Positions 12,640-24,467 are shown, counted from the stretch's first letter. The stretch: 64,000 nucleotides of DNA from Haliotis rubra (GCF_003918875.1 NW_025767332.1:1-64000); one strand, 5' to 3'. Program-made: numbers and translations. The notes: generated by a model not told the origin, from the letters alone.

Positions 12640-12763
12640 TACTCATGCCAATAATGGTTGTCACCCCCCTCCCTCCCCAAACCCACACACACCTCACACC
12701 CCACTACACACCCTCTCCAATTAAAAAAATTGAAGGGGGTGACAACCATTATTGGCATGAGTA
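12640..12763. mobile_element. 124-bp Tc1-like MITE with perfect ~29-bp TIRs and TA TSD
   Basis: ta|tactcatgccaataatggttgtcaccccc ... gggggtgacaaccattattggcatgagta|ta. Confidence 0.92.
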
Positions 12764-13336
12764 TATAATCAAAACTAAATATTACACTCGAGTCAATCTT
12801 CAACAGCGAATTTAAATGTGTTTTTGTATTCCTAATATTTAACACTGTGAAAGAACATTGGAGTATAATTGTTTTCAAACAGGCTTGTAGAAGTGCCTCT
12901 GTTTGCAGAAAGAGTCAGCTTAATGACACCACTTAAATGCATGTCATTCATTCTCCATTAGCTGAGGAGCGGTGGATTAGCCAAGAGGTTAAAGCGTCCC
13001 TTCGACTTCGACATCGACTTCGACACAACCGTGTTTGACGGTAGATGCAAAACAATCATGATACAAGTCAACAGTGATTAAAGATATGTTTTTGTATATG
13101 TGACCAAACAGATACATTTAGTGGAAGGGTATTTGAAAGTGTAGGACACTACGGCTATGAACCGATGTACACAGACTGAGTACATACTGACACAAGACAG
13201 TATTGGCCGCCTCTCTGGTTTTAAGCCATGTACAGGACGTGCAAAACGGGTTTGTTCGTGCACAAGTTACACTGTGTACTGACACCAGCATATTATATAC
13301 ACATAATGATGCATGTTTTAAACTGATGTTCATCTG

Positions 13337-14077
13337 GAGTCTTTGAGGGGCATTTAGAAGTGATACACATTAAGGCAAGAATTTATGTCAACTTCTTTAT
13401 TGTGAATGGTCACGACGTTTCGAAGTATATTTTTACGCCTTCATCAGGTGAATGAAACAATTAGGAACAGACAGCTATATATGTACATGTTAAAACAACA
13501 ACAGTTATGGGATAACAAGGGAAATCAGTAGTTAATTGATAGATGGAAAAGTGGGAGCCAGGGATTGTTAATTTAACAAGGGATAAGAAAAACAAATAGA
13601 AGCCAGGGGGTTATAATGAGCACTAACTTGGTGGATGGACAAGTGGAAGCCAGGGATTGTTAATCCAGGCGTAGTTGATGAGGTAACAATAGTGGTAAGA
13701 ACACAAATGGAAGCCAGGCTTCATAGTAATAAGGACAATGAGGCCAGCAGTGATGATTGAATTAAATTTATAAGTCCCAAGCGCTAGGAAGATATGTTCC
13801 CTGGTCACGATTGATTGCTGGTTGGCTTCTTCTGATGTCTATGGCCAACCAGCAATTTAATTCAATCATCAACTATGCCTGGATTAACAATCCCTGGCTT
13901 CCACTTGTCCATCTACCAATTATCTACTGGTTTCCCTTGTTATCTCATAACTGTTGTTGTTTTAACATGTACATATATAGCTGTCTGTTCCTAATTGTTT
14001 CATTCACCTGATGAAGGAGTGATTCAGATTCACAGTGATTCACAATAAAGAAGTTGACATCCATAAAATTCTTGCCT
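13337..14077. mobile_element. Penelope-like retroelement remnant with inverted pseudo-LTRs
   Basis: About 200-bp inverted repeats (13367-13573 vs 13883-14083), a hammerhead core, AATAAA, peptide REHIFLALGTY resembling the C-terminus of a PLE GIY-YIG ORF, and a 13-bp direct repeat tgatgttcatctg at 13324-13336 and 14078-14090. Confidence 0.8.
13410..13451 (-). ncRNA. Minimal type I hammerhead ribozyme
   Basis: 5'-UCAC CUGAUGA A GGCGUA aaaaua UACUUC GAAA CG UC GUGA-3': stem I UCAC/GUGA, intact core boxes, palindromic ACGU stem III, GUC cleavage triplet. One mismatch in stem II. Confidence 0.75.
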
Positions 14078-14167
14078 TGATGTTCATCTGAATCACATTG
14101 AAAATGAAGTATCATTTTCTTATGCAAACGTGTTTAATAATCAAGTAATCAAGTTAGTTTGTTAAAA

Positions 14168-14337
14168 ATGCCTCTGTCTACCCAGTAAATGGGTACCCGG
14201 TGGGATAAGTCGTATACCAGTAAACCTAGCGTCTCACAGGCAGCTTGGGTTAACCGGGATAAAAATGTGTCAGCGCTTTGAGCATGCACACGTACGTGGA
14301 TACAGGCGCTTTATAAATAGCCATTTTATTATTATCA
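14168..14337 (+). mobile_element. 3' part of a CORE-type SINE with L2-like tail
   Basis: ctacccagtaaatgggtacc core motif; cagcgctttgagc...ggcgctttataaat...ttattattat tail. Confidence 0.6.
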
Positions 14338-14518
14338 TCTTGTGGAAAATATGTCCTTGATATGGTTATCAGTAATGTGATCACTCTGATTACGACATCT
14401 CTCCATATGTGTGGTTTACCTAAGTGCACATGATGAACTTTTGCCAACATTATTTCCTGCATTGATAAACCTTTGCCAGCGATGTTGAGATGATCGCAGC
14501 CCTTCTCTTGGTTGTCCA

Positions 14519-14873
14519 AATGGTTCTTCACAGCTGACAATGGTTCTTCACAGCTGACAATGGTTCTTCACAGCTGACAATGGTTCTTCACAGCTGACAA
14601 TGGTTCTTCACAGCTGACAATGGTTCTTCACAGCTGACAATGGTTCTTCACAGCTGACAATGGTTCTTCACAGCTGACAATGGTTCTTCACTTCTGACAT
14701 GGTTCTTCACAGCTGACAATGGTTCTTCACAGCTGACAATGGTTCTTCACAGCTGACAATGTTTCTTCACAGCTGACAATGGTTCTTCACAGCTGACAAT
14801 GGTTCTTCACAGCTGACAATGGTTCTTCACAGCTGACAATGGTTCTTCACAGCTGACAATGGTTCTTCACAGT
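14519..14873. repeat. 20-bp tandem repeat (tggttcttcacagctgacaa), about 17 copies
   Basis: Direct inspection. Confidence 0.97.
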
Positions 14874-14934
14874 TGCTACATGATCATTGTTAAAGGCTAA
14901 ATACAAATTTTGTTAGTGGCGTATATTACCGTTC

Positions 14935-15600
14935 GGGCAGGACATGTTTAGCCTTTAAGACCTGGTTTCAATAATTCATTCATATAATCGTGAGTCCTGT
15001 TTTTCCTTTCACGCCAATGAAATCTGTTTTGGTGGAATATAGAGACAGAGCATTCTCTGGCGATGACCTTTCACTGAATGTTTAGGAACAGGCGGAAGTC
15101 TTACGGAGACGTTCAAAACTACAGTCGAAGATTGTTACCATGGCAATAAGAGTTTTCTCTAAATGGAAGAGCACAGTTTTCCTCTAATGTCATCCCGTAA
15201 TAACATTTAGCATAATATACATGTATATTGTCTGGCTTTAAAGAGATATACAACTATGATGACACCTTCGGTATCCCATAACCTTCTCAACAGATACGAC
15301 ACTATTTGTCTTCTTTGGTGATGCTGAAACTTTCACTGTTTTGATGGACATGATATTATGTGATGTAGGAAATGCCTACTGAACATGTACTCCGACGCTC
15401 AGTCGATAACCATCGCATGTTGATAGCTCCTTACAGCGTCACATGAATAATGCCTAGTGTTGTTCCCATATCTTCATGGATGCAAGCACTTGATCACTGG
15501 ACGATACTCAGGTCTGTCCAATGTCCTGAGGTCACTGTGCCCTGATTACTGTAATGACTTGTCATAGCAATACAATTTGCTCAACTGAATCAAGTATATT
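14935..15600 (-). mobile_element. Highly degenerate mariner transposase relic
   Basis: Paralogous to 23830-24430; remnant (W)DTEGVIIVVYL. Confidence 0.6.
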
Positions 15601-16037
15601 TTAGACATGCCAATACATTATCTAATGTTCACAACCACAGACTGGCTGAATTTTTGCCATAATTGACAAATGTCTTAATGTCACAGCGTATCCTACCTTC
15701 GACTGAACATCCTGATGATTCAGCTAAATCCTACTTCACAGTAAATAACTGACATACAAGCAAACCAAGCAAACACTGTCATTACTTCCTGATAAAAGTC
15801 TTATGAGTGCAGCCGCAGTGTGTTACATTTGTTATCTCATCTCAACGGGCATTTGTTATCTCATCTTTAGCTATGTCATGTGTGATAACAGTAAACGAAA
15901 ATGTTTCATATTCGAATTTGGGAAGAGTTGATGTGCTTAATGATAAACTAAATATATTATTAACTGAAAATATTGTATTCTACAGGCACTAACACTTATG
16001 CTTTAGCAATCATGAATATAAGCTTTCATGTTCGACA

Positions 16038-16200
16038 GAGGCGGTTGGGTAGTTTAGTGGTGAAAGTGGTCGCTCGTCATGCCGAAGACCCGGGTTTGAT
16101 TCCACAGATGTGTACAATATGTCAAGCCCATTCCTGGTGTCCCCAGCCATGGTATTGCAGGGATAATTCTAAAAGCTGCGTGAAACCACACTCACTTCTC
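16038..16200 (+). mobile_element. tRNA-headed SINE, family A (degenerate)
   Basis: ggcggttgggtagtttagtggtgaaag...gaagacccgggtttgattcc...ctcac tail. Confidence 0.85.
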
Positions 16201-17185
16201 ATCAACTTCAACGTCGTCAACATAATTGAATGGCATTTTGTTCAATAATCCAAGCGGTTGATGTTAAGAACGCTCCAGTAATCCTACGTTGTTATCAGTA
16301 GGCATGTATGTGTGTCTTTAATGAAAATATGTTCTGGAATTCCCGAAACGGCCTTTAATGAAATATTCGCACAAAACACTGTAAGTCACATAACATTTGG
16401 TATAGGTAAAAATAGGCTATTGTATCTGACATTATTTTGAATATTAATGATTATGACTACCATAAAACGTTCTGGAAGCTTGGCTACGGCCCCGAATGTT
16501 GTAGTTTAGTTTTACGTCACTTTTAGCAATATTCCAGCAATATCTTTGCGGGGGACACCGGGCGGTTTCATTTCCTTTTTTCTCCTGTGTATTTCTAGCT
16601 CAGGTGAGTTAATCAGTGTAAACACACTTGTCTACTTGACTGTCAGTCAACGATATCGGATAGACCTGAAGCTTAAATTACACACATCAACACTACCCCT
16701 GATTTATTATCATATGTCCTGTTTTATTTATCCATCATACAGTCACCAAGGTGTGAAAAGAAACATTGATGGGAATTATTACCAAATCGGAAACTGCGCT
16801 GACGAAAGATAAAGGATTGTTAAGTAAATCTGACCAATCATTGCCATAACTATAAGAGTAATGCTGTTTCTAATTCTAACTACTTCCGGTGCCGGAGGTC
16901 ATGACACAAGTCACAGGTCCGATAGGGGGTCGACGGGAGGCTTCGGATCCGAGGTTATCAAGCGCTGATCAGGAAGTTCCCGAGAGATAGGGTGAAAGTC
17001 GAGCAGAAAATAGCGGCAAGGTTGCTTATCCCCTGCTGTGAATGTCATCAGCATGTTGGTTTTATTGGTCTGTCGTGCTGGTAATGTGGTTGTCACTTGT
17101 ATCGACCTTATCGATCTCATCGATCTGAGACCTGCCTGTTGATGGTGTCTCTTTGTGATGTAACGCGTTCGTTTCTCCTCGAGTG

Positions 17186-17330
17186 GAGCGGTCGTGTTCG
17201 CTCGACACGCTGAAGACCCGGGTTCGATTCCCCACATGGATGCAATGTGTGAAGACCATTTCTGGTGTCCCCTGCCGTGATATTGTAAGAATATTACTAA
17301 AAGCGGCGTAAGACCATATTCACTCACTCC
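17186..17330 (+). mobile_element. SINE family A (empty-site paralog of the split copy at 25941-26705)
   Basis: Consensus match; uninterrupted tgtgtgaagaccattt. Confidence 0.85.
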
Positions 17331-17771
17331 TCCTCCAGTGGTGGGCATCAGTCAAAGAATTACCTGTTAACTAACTACTTGTTAGACTGTTCGTGTATAC
17401 GGATTATCTATCCCGTATGATTATAGAACCATGTTTAGGTCCCGGGGTTCCTGCAAGATTAAATATATATAATATAAACGGTAACGAAGAGATCCGGGGC
17501 ATTTGTAAAGGTAAAAATGTGTTTTCTTTTCAAATAGAGTGAGTTGCTTTTATTCCGTTTTGGGGAACCTTCAGGCAGTATCACCTGCAATCACTTTAGA
17601 ATTGGTCTTCACCAACCCATACTTGTCGTAAGAGGCTCGTAGACTGGTTGGTGCATGGTATCGCGTCAGGTTTAGAAAATTTAATGTCCTTCACACATCT
17701 AGTTCTTCAGAAATGTAAACACAAAACAAAAGAAACGGGAATATACATCTTTATTACTATACGCTATTTTG

Positions 17772-17919
17772 TTATTGATTATAATATTCATAAGAGGTGT
17801 TAGCATATGTCGCCGTGCTGGCAGGTTGTACTGTACTGTACGTGTGTTCTTCCTTCATTGTTGAGGTTGTGGTGTAAACATCTGCACCATTCTTCCTTGT
17901 CTTCCGTTGGTAGAAACAT
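17772..17919 (-). CDS. Receptor exon E: tyrosine-rich cytoplasmic tail
   Basis: ctattatcag acceptor; in frame to TAA at 17774-17772. Confidence 0.8.
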
Positions 17920-18964
17920 CTGATAATAGAGATTTGGACCATAGAAATTTAATACACAATGCGACATAGATTTGACTTAATCTAGTTTTGTTGGGCGGTG
18001 GGGTAACTTCGCTCGCTCTCCAGAAACCCATGTTCGATTCCCTACAGGTATGTTTCAACCTGTTTATCCTTCCTCCATGTTGGGTGGTGGGATAGCCCAG
18101 TGGTTACAGGGATCACTAGTCACTTTAAAGTCGATAGTTCAATTCCCCACACGGCATATTCTGTGGGGCCAATTTCTGGTGTCCCCGCCGTGGGATCGCT
18201 TGTCAAAAGCGGCGTGAAAGTAAACTCTTTCACTCTGTATTATTTAACGTAGATACATCAGACATCTCTAGCACCAGGCTTGTCAGGTGGAAATGACAAA
18301 TTGATGGAAATAAGTTCAAAACGATTGAACGTTTTTCCTCACGCACGGGATATTTCGATACTTCTATTGATTTTGTGCTACATACATTTTTTAGAGATTC
18401 TGAATAGAAGCTTTACCTGGACATTATCCAACCCAAAACAAAGCCAACGAACAGAACAGCTGCGGATACGCCAAGTGTTACGGGTAAGGTGCTTGATGAC
18501 TCACCTGTACAAGGAAATAGAAGTTGTTTTACCATATAAATACTTGGCAATTTGTCAGTGATATTAACCTGTCATAATAATGTTCCTTCATGGTGATGAC
18601 CAGTTCACGCCAATACAGTACTCCATATTTGCTTGACGTCATATGACGTTAATTAAATGAAGACGACCCCCTGAGTTGTTCACGACACCACAATCAGTTT
18701 AAGAGGTTACGTGTTTGCATCATTACCACATGTTAAAGATGTTGGCTTGGGGAATCTATTTGGTTGCCCAGGAGGAGAGTTTGGATTGTCAAAATGCGAA
18801 GCCATTGTCTCTGCTGATGTCGTTTCAGAAGGCTGAAGGTTTTGAGGTGAACCAGCTGATGTTCCCGGGATCTTGTTGTTGGTAGAAATACTAGCAGACA
18901 CGGTGTTTGTAGTAGTTGTAGAAGTTGAAGTAGAAGTAACAGTAATAGTAGTGGTAGTAGGAGC

Positions 18965-18996
<32 letters not shown>

Positions 18997-21834
18997 GGCA
19001 GTTCAGTGACACATCTGAAGGGATGTTGGCTCCACAGACGACGGTGACATTCTTACCTGTATCCGCTACAAATTAATTATCTTGTGTCAATTACAATCAG
19101 AGTATATCTGATACCATGTTTAATAGTAGGCACTCGTAAAAATGTACGTATATATGTGCTCAAGAAGTTATTGACAAGGATAAAGTAAACTAGGCACCAC
19201 TAATTGTAAATAACCGTAGTTCGTCATTAGTACTTCGACAAATATATACATATTAGCCGGACCAACAAATAGTTCGTTATGTCCGTTACTTCGTTATAAG
19301 AGCGTTCGTTTTAAACGTACTTTGTTGTATTACTTATTGTAATGAACAAGTTCAGGGGGCTTTCGTTGATGAATTAGCATAGGAGTTGAATCATCTTTGT
19401 TAAATCATAAAGTCAAAAGTTCTGATGGATGCGACGTGATTGAAGTACGGAACAACCCCTGTTTGGGGCCATTTGAATTTAACACAACATTAATAGAATC
19501 TGAATTATCAGAGAAAAAATAACATACCTGGAAATTGACCCATATATCAACGTAATGGGATACTACATGCTGTACAGCGGAAACTCTTCTAATATATTCC
19601 TCGTTCATAGTGGCTAGAAACTATGTACGTGTATTTGCATATTTCACCAGCTGGAGATGTGATAATTACTCATGATGTATGAAGTGTTTGACAAATATAT
19701 TTTGCATTATTTAAGAAAAATATGTAACACTTTGACATTTTTAGTGCAGTAGAAGTGTATGTCTTCATTTTATCGTTACCTTTCGCTCGGATCCACAGAA
19801 ATTCCTTTTCTTGACGTCCAGGGTCGACTGTCATGAATATCGACATGTTAACATAGTTGGACTTGCTCTCAAACATTGTACTGGAACAGTTGCTGGATGC
19901 AGGTGGATTCTTACAGTCCACCTGGACAGACACGTCTCCATCAGTGAAGGTCACACGACAGACAGGGGACACAACTCGTGTTGCAGCAAGTTGTATAATG
20001 ACATGAGAGTCACACTCATGAGAGTATGCTATACAGTTGGCTGTACCCATCCCGTCATGCTGGTCGTTGTACAGGTACACCTCCTGTCCTGTGTGTGTAG
20101 AGTCGTGCTGGATGTGCAGCACAGTGTCCTCTGAAAGGGAAGATCAAGGTCTGTTCATGTAATCACTATTGATAGGTATTAAAAACAAGGGAATGATTCA
20201 GTGTGTGGCATTATATGATATATAAAATAGTATTTTAGTAAATTCATGACGTATCAACGTAGTTCATGATAAAAGTAATTCATATCATAAATCCCTTCCA
20301 CCTTTCTAAACCGAACGAGTGAGTGAGTGAGTTGAGTTTTACGCCGCTTTTAGAAATATTCCAGCAATATCACGGCGTGGGACATCAGAAAAGGGCTTCA
20401 CACATTGTACCCATGTTGGAAATAGAACCCGGTCCTTCGGCGTGAAGATCGAACACCTTAACCACTAGGCTACCCCACAGCTCCCTAAAACGAACGACGC
20501 CCGGTATGAAGCTGACAAAAACTAAGAATAATTCATCTTGAAAAATCTCAATCAGTATGCCAACAAAGACGTCCAAAGACATGACACAAACATATTTTAC
20601 TTTAGTGAAATTTCATGGACGTCAGACACGTTAACAAACCAGGGATTAGAACTACAAGCGTTTCAAAACAATACTTATTAGTTATACGTTTACTTATTGC
20701 AACATGGGTCCCAGCTAACACCCATAGGTTGGACAAAGTTGGAAATGTCGCTGTCGGATGTCCCATTTTGGGGCAATACTTCTGTCATAAGACGGACAAA
20801 ACATTTCATAACGAATCTGGACCAAGCAATGAAGTGACAAGCACGTTTTACTGAATTTGCTGAACTTAAAAAGGGTATGTAGACTTCCCTGCTTCCCTAC
20901 CACTGTTGCGTACAAGTACAGATTCTGTAGGTGTTGGGTGCAGAATCCTAGGTCAACCCCACCTTGGAGAAAGACAACAAACATCACAGTTTAACCGTAT
21001 CTATTGTTCCTAGATTTGATGAGTTGTTTGCTCTCATTTACCTATACTTGTGTAATTACTAAATCGGTTGCCTCAGCATTCGTGACGCACTCGTGTCTTT
21101 CCGGGAAAGGGGCGAGTGGTGACGAATGTTGCCTGAGCAGAAGCGATAGAAACATGGATAAAAAGTACTAGAATCTGTACCTTACTGAGCAAGTGTAATC
21201 CCAAATACAACATTCGTTACATGAATACAGTTGACGATACGCATTAGGCTAAGCATTCTCAGAGACCATATACCAGTATACGGTCTCTGGCATTCTCTTA
21301 TTTTCTGTTTGTGGCATGTGGTACAGTACAACCAGAAAGTATTGAGAATTTAAAGATTGTAAATTCTCTCATTTCCTGTCTGTGGTAAGAGCTATATATG
21401 AAGCTAAACATTAAAAACATTTGGACAGACACTACTCACTTTTTACACAGTGGAAGGTGAACGCTACGTAGTCTTCACCATCAGTATGTTGAACAAAACC
21501 ACCAGGTGAAGACAGCTGACATCTTGTAGAGGCCGTGCAGATGTCCACAAAGTCCAGGTAGTAGTGATCTCTCAGTTGGTTCTTCATGGCAGGAAGGCAG
21601 TACTCAGTCACGGTATCATTCTCACGCTGTTGACAACAACGTCTGATTTCGTCTACTCCCTTCCCTCTTAAACTAATTCCAGTTATTTCCCTGTGACATG
21701 TGACGTCAGAGGACACCCCGAGTGTAAACATGGTGGGGAGAAGCATCTCTGTGGCGGCACACGGGGGTCGACCATCAACGGGAAGTTGTAACAGGCAGTC
21801 TTGTGTCTCAGGCCACAGACAACTGTACATGGAA
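17772..21834 (-). CDS. Orphan type-I transmembrane receptor-like gene. Exons 21834-21440, 20130-19780, 19065-18727, 18504-18417, 17919-17772; upstream signal-peptide exon not resolved
   Basis: All four introns are GT-AG with compatible phases (1,1,1,2) and give one open frame: Cys-rich domain, beta-rich domain, T/S/P stalk, TM LPVTLGVSAAVLFVGFVLGWIM, basic stop-transfer RCFYQRKTRK, and tail ...EEHTYSTVQPASTATYANTSYEYYNQ*. AATAAA lies about 20 nt after the stop. Confidence 0.85.
18082..18235 (+). mobile_element. SINE family A (degenerate, intronic)
   Basis: Consensus match. Confidence 0.8.
18417..18504 (-). CDS. Receptor exon D: transmembrane helix
   Basis: tttccttgtacag acceptor, AG|GTAAAG donor; GESSSTLPVTLGVSAAVLFVGFVLGWIMSR. 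Confidence 0.85.
18727..19065 (-). CDS. Receptor exon C: NVTVVCG followed by a Thr/Ser/Pro mucin-like stalk with an (ACT)n microsatellite
   Basis: tttgtag acceptor, G|GTAATG donor, 339 nt, phase 1-1. Confidence 0.85.
19780..20130 (-). CDS. Receptor exon B: beta-strand-rich (CUB-like?) domain
   Basis: ccctttcag acceptor, G|GTAACG donor, 351 nt, phase 1-1, open frame DTVLHIQ...FLWIRAK. Confidence 0.85.
20318..20478 (-). mobile_element. SINE family A (intronic)
   Basis: Consensus match with (gagt)n tail. Confidence 0.9.
21260..21289. mobile_element. 30-bp TIR-only remnant (P-element-type footprint) with 7-bp TSD
   Basis: gcattct|cagagaccatatac-ca-gtatacggtctctg|gcattct. Confidence 0.75.
21440..21834 (-). 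CDS. Receptor exon A: Cys-rich extracellular domain (SUEL/Gal-lectin-like fold suspected)
   Basis: ttttgtattttcag acceptor, A|GTGAGT donor; ...RRCCQQRE...YCLP...DICTASTRCQL...DYVAFTFHCV. The 5' reading frame is ambiguous at a G5/G6 run. Confidence 0.8.
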
Positions 21835-22057
21835 CTGAAAATACAAAACCGACTGACGCTGATGACGTTGGCACATCCAAATCTCATCAACTAACTATAT
21901 CAGCAGATATGACGCCTATACGTTCCTCAGACGACAAGGTTTACATTACATATTCTTTACTTTACTTACATACAGGTGTTCATGCCAGTTAATAAGAGCG
22001 AAAATCTCCTACTTTTTATGAGATTGTGGACTTTATCGTATGAAATACACAATGTCA

Positions 22058-22365
22058 TTACTAAGAAAGTGTAATCTCTTTCTAAAATGGCATTGTGTAT
22101 TTCATAGCTTTCGGCCGTGGGAGCCGTGCCAATTAACACTTATCAGAGGGGTACACAAAGTCCGCAGTCTAGACTACCAGTTGTCCGACTTCCACTTTAT
22201 GGAAGCCGCGGTGGCTGAGCGGTCTAGGCGTCTGACTTTGTGTGCTGGCGATTAGGTGCCTGACTCTGAGGGTGTGGGTTCGAATCCGGATGGGACTCAT
22301 CCCAAAAAAGTGCCTGAATCTGTACTTTACTAAGAAAGTGTAATCCCAAATATAACATATGTTAG
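22058..22365 (+). mobile_element. Family D element: tRNA-like head with a direct-repeated actaagaaagtgtaatc segment
   Basis: A-box tggctgagcggt and B-box ggttcgaatcc. The same family occurs at 51499-51735, and the tail alone at 21160-21220. Confidence 0.75.
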
Positions 22366-22920
22366 ACTTTTTCGTAGACAATAAAATTTCGTACCATGCA
22401 CTGTATCATAATTCATTTATAGAAATTGTAGTAATACGATATTGTTGACTGTAGCATTAATTCATTTACTTGTTTTGAGTACATTGTCGATTTGAACTAA
22501 GAAATCACGCCAAATAGCTATACTCCATGGATTGGCGCTTTGTTTATTTATTTATTTTTTTAGTTTTTTTTATTTTATTCAGTTTTTGTTTTGCAGTTAT
22601 ATATTTTACTCGCATTACCTCTTAGCAGATTAACATCAAAGCATAACGGGAAAATATGGCGAGATAAATCTAATTTAATACATAACTTTGTCAGGATAGA
22701 TAACATCTAACCATGGTTTATTAACAAAACGTGTCTATGTATCCCTACTAACGTATCAGTCCTATACATTACACATATAAACCCTGTAGGAAGTGGCCTA
22801 AACATCAGAAGATCGTTTAACCGGTTTTAAAAAGGTTCCACTAGAAGGTACCACTAAACATACATGAGCTCCGGATATGTGAGAAGTGTATGGCTTTGAA
22901 AATTAATCTCTTATGCGTCT

Positions 22921-23157
22921 GGACCCGTGAAGATCCGGGTTAGAATTGATCTTCAGCAACCCATGCTTGTACGAACGGGATCGGGTGGTCAGGCTCGCTG
23001 ACTTGGTTGACTCATGTCATCGTATCTCAGTTGCGCAGATCTATGCTCATGCTGTTGATCACTGGATTGTCTGGTCCAGACTTGATTATTTACAGACCGC
23101 CGCCATATAGCTTGAATATTGCTGAGTGCGGTGTAAAACTAAACTCGCTCACTTACT
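22921..23157 (+). mobile_element. SINE family B (no A-box; starts GACCCGTGAAG)
   Basis: About 240-bp dispersed repeat; tail ttgaatattgctgagtgcggtgtaaaactaaactc resembles the family A tail. Confidence 0.9.
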
Positions 23158-23829
23158 CTTATTCGTCTGCAGGTTGATGGAATGATATCTGTACAGGACA
23201 GAAGGTGTAATCCGCAAACTATGTTATTCACGAGATATTGCTCAACCCTGACAAAAATCACTGTTGATCCCATAAACTCGAACCGGGCAAGGCTATATAG
23301 ATTTCAGTCGGTTTGCTTGTCGTGTGTTATCCATACCTAGTAAAGATCTGTCCTAGATACCAGCAACAACATGACTGATTTGCCATATCATGGTAAGTTA
23401 TAAAGGTATGTAATGAACAACATGTCAATCAATTTAATCAAAGGTTAGTTCAACTAAATATCGCCTTAACATGACCGTGAAAGTAACAGTATAAGCAACG
23501 CTCGTACCGTTATTTTGACATATGAATCCACACTAAAAGGACGCTACGATTCTTCCATAAACCTGATCACAATATACCTTGAAGTAAAATCCATGGCAGC
23601 AGAAAAAGGGATCCTGGTCGCTTTGTCCGCATCCTGGGGTTGTTAGGTCTAGAGACACTCGTCGAGATGTTCACTCTCAGGAACTATAGGATGGTAAAAA
23701 CATCAACATGTTCATACAGTTCATAATCATACAGTTCCCTTATACAAACATAATATAGAGTCTTTTTGGGGGGTCAGAATTACGACAGTCTTGTAATAGC
23801 AGTTGGGATACTGTTTGATATCGGGATTT

Positions 23830-24430
23830 CGTCACAAGCTGTTTTAAGACACGTACGTTTTGGATTAGACATTCACGGCAAATGAAATCTGTTCATTTTG
23901 CGGAACAGGTGGATGTCTGAAAGAGGCGTTCAAAGCAACACTCGTGGATTGTAGCAGTGGTAACTGTTCTTCCACTGGCGCATATCCAGATGGAATTTCA
24001 CCCCTTCATTGCCTCAAACATGCTTCATGCATTTTCTGGTCTTTTGAAAGATGTTCCTCCATAATGACATCCTTGGTATCCCAGAACTCGGAGGTCATAA
24101 CCTTCCCAGCTGATGGGACAGTATTTGTCTTCCTTGTTGGAGGGAAATGTTTTCACTGTTTTGATTGTCCATTGGACAGTAAGGTTCTCGATGTACTATC
24201 TCCAAGGGAATGCCTTCTGAACAGGGTATTTGACGATAAGTCATTCGTAGGTCGATCATCATCAGATCGTGGACAGTTCCTTACAGTGTCACATGAATAA
24301 TTCCCAAGTGTTGTTTTCCTATATTCATGGATGGCCTTGATGTACAGTCTTTCTGTGCAAGCATTTGATCACAGGTTTGTTCAATGTCCTTAGGTCACCC
24401 TGCTTATTTTACAATTTGCTCGACAGACTC
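23830..24430 (-). mobile_element. Degenerate mariner-family transposase relic
   Basis: QSKQWKHFPPTRKTNTVPSAGKVMTSEFWDTKDVIM matches the mariner QSKQW...SAGKVMASVFWD motif; stops and frameshifts elsewhere. Confidence 0.8.
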
Positions 24431-24467
24431 AAGCAGTTTGTAGACATGCCATTACATCATTTAATGG

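Larger units (their letters stand above)
14935..17640. repeat. Segmental duplication block paralogous to about 23830-27140
   Basis: Shared order of mariner relic, tgtcaca(g/a)cgtatcctacc segment, unique 16400-17185 vs 25140-25940 sequence (high identity), SINE A and flanking sequence. Confidence 0.9.

Noticed and set aside
21970-22010. Small candidate upstream exon (RFSLLLTGMNT) for the receptor
   Set aside because: The acceptor is purine-rich and it is not conserved in the paralogous copies.
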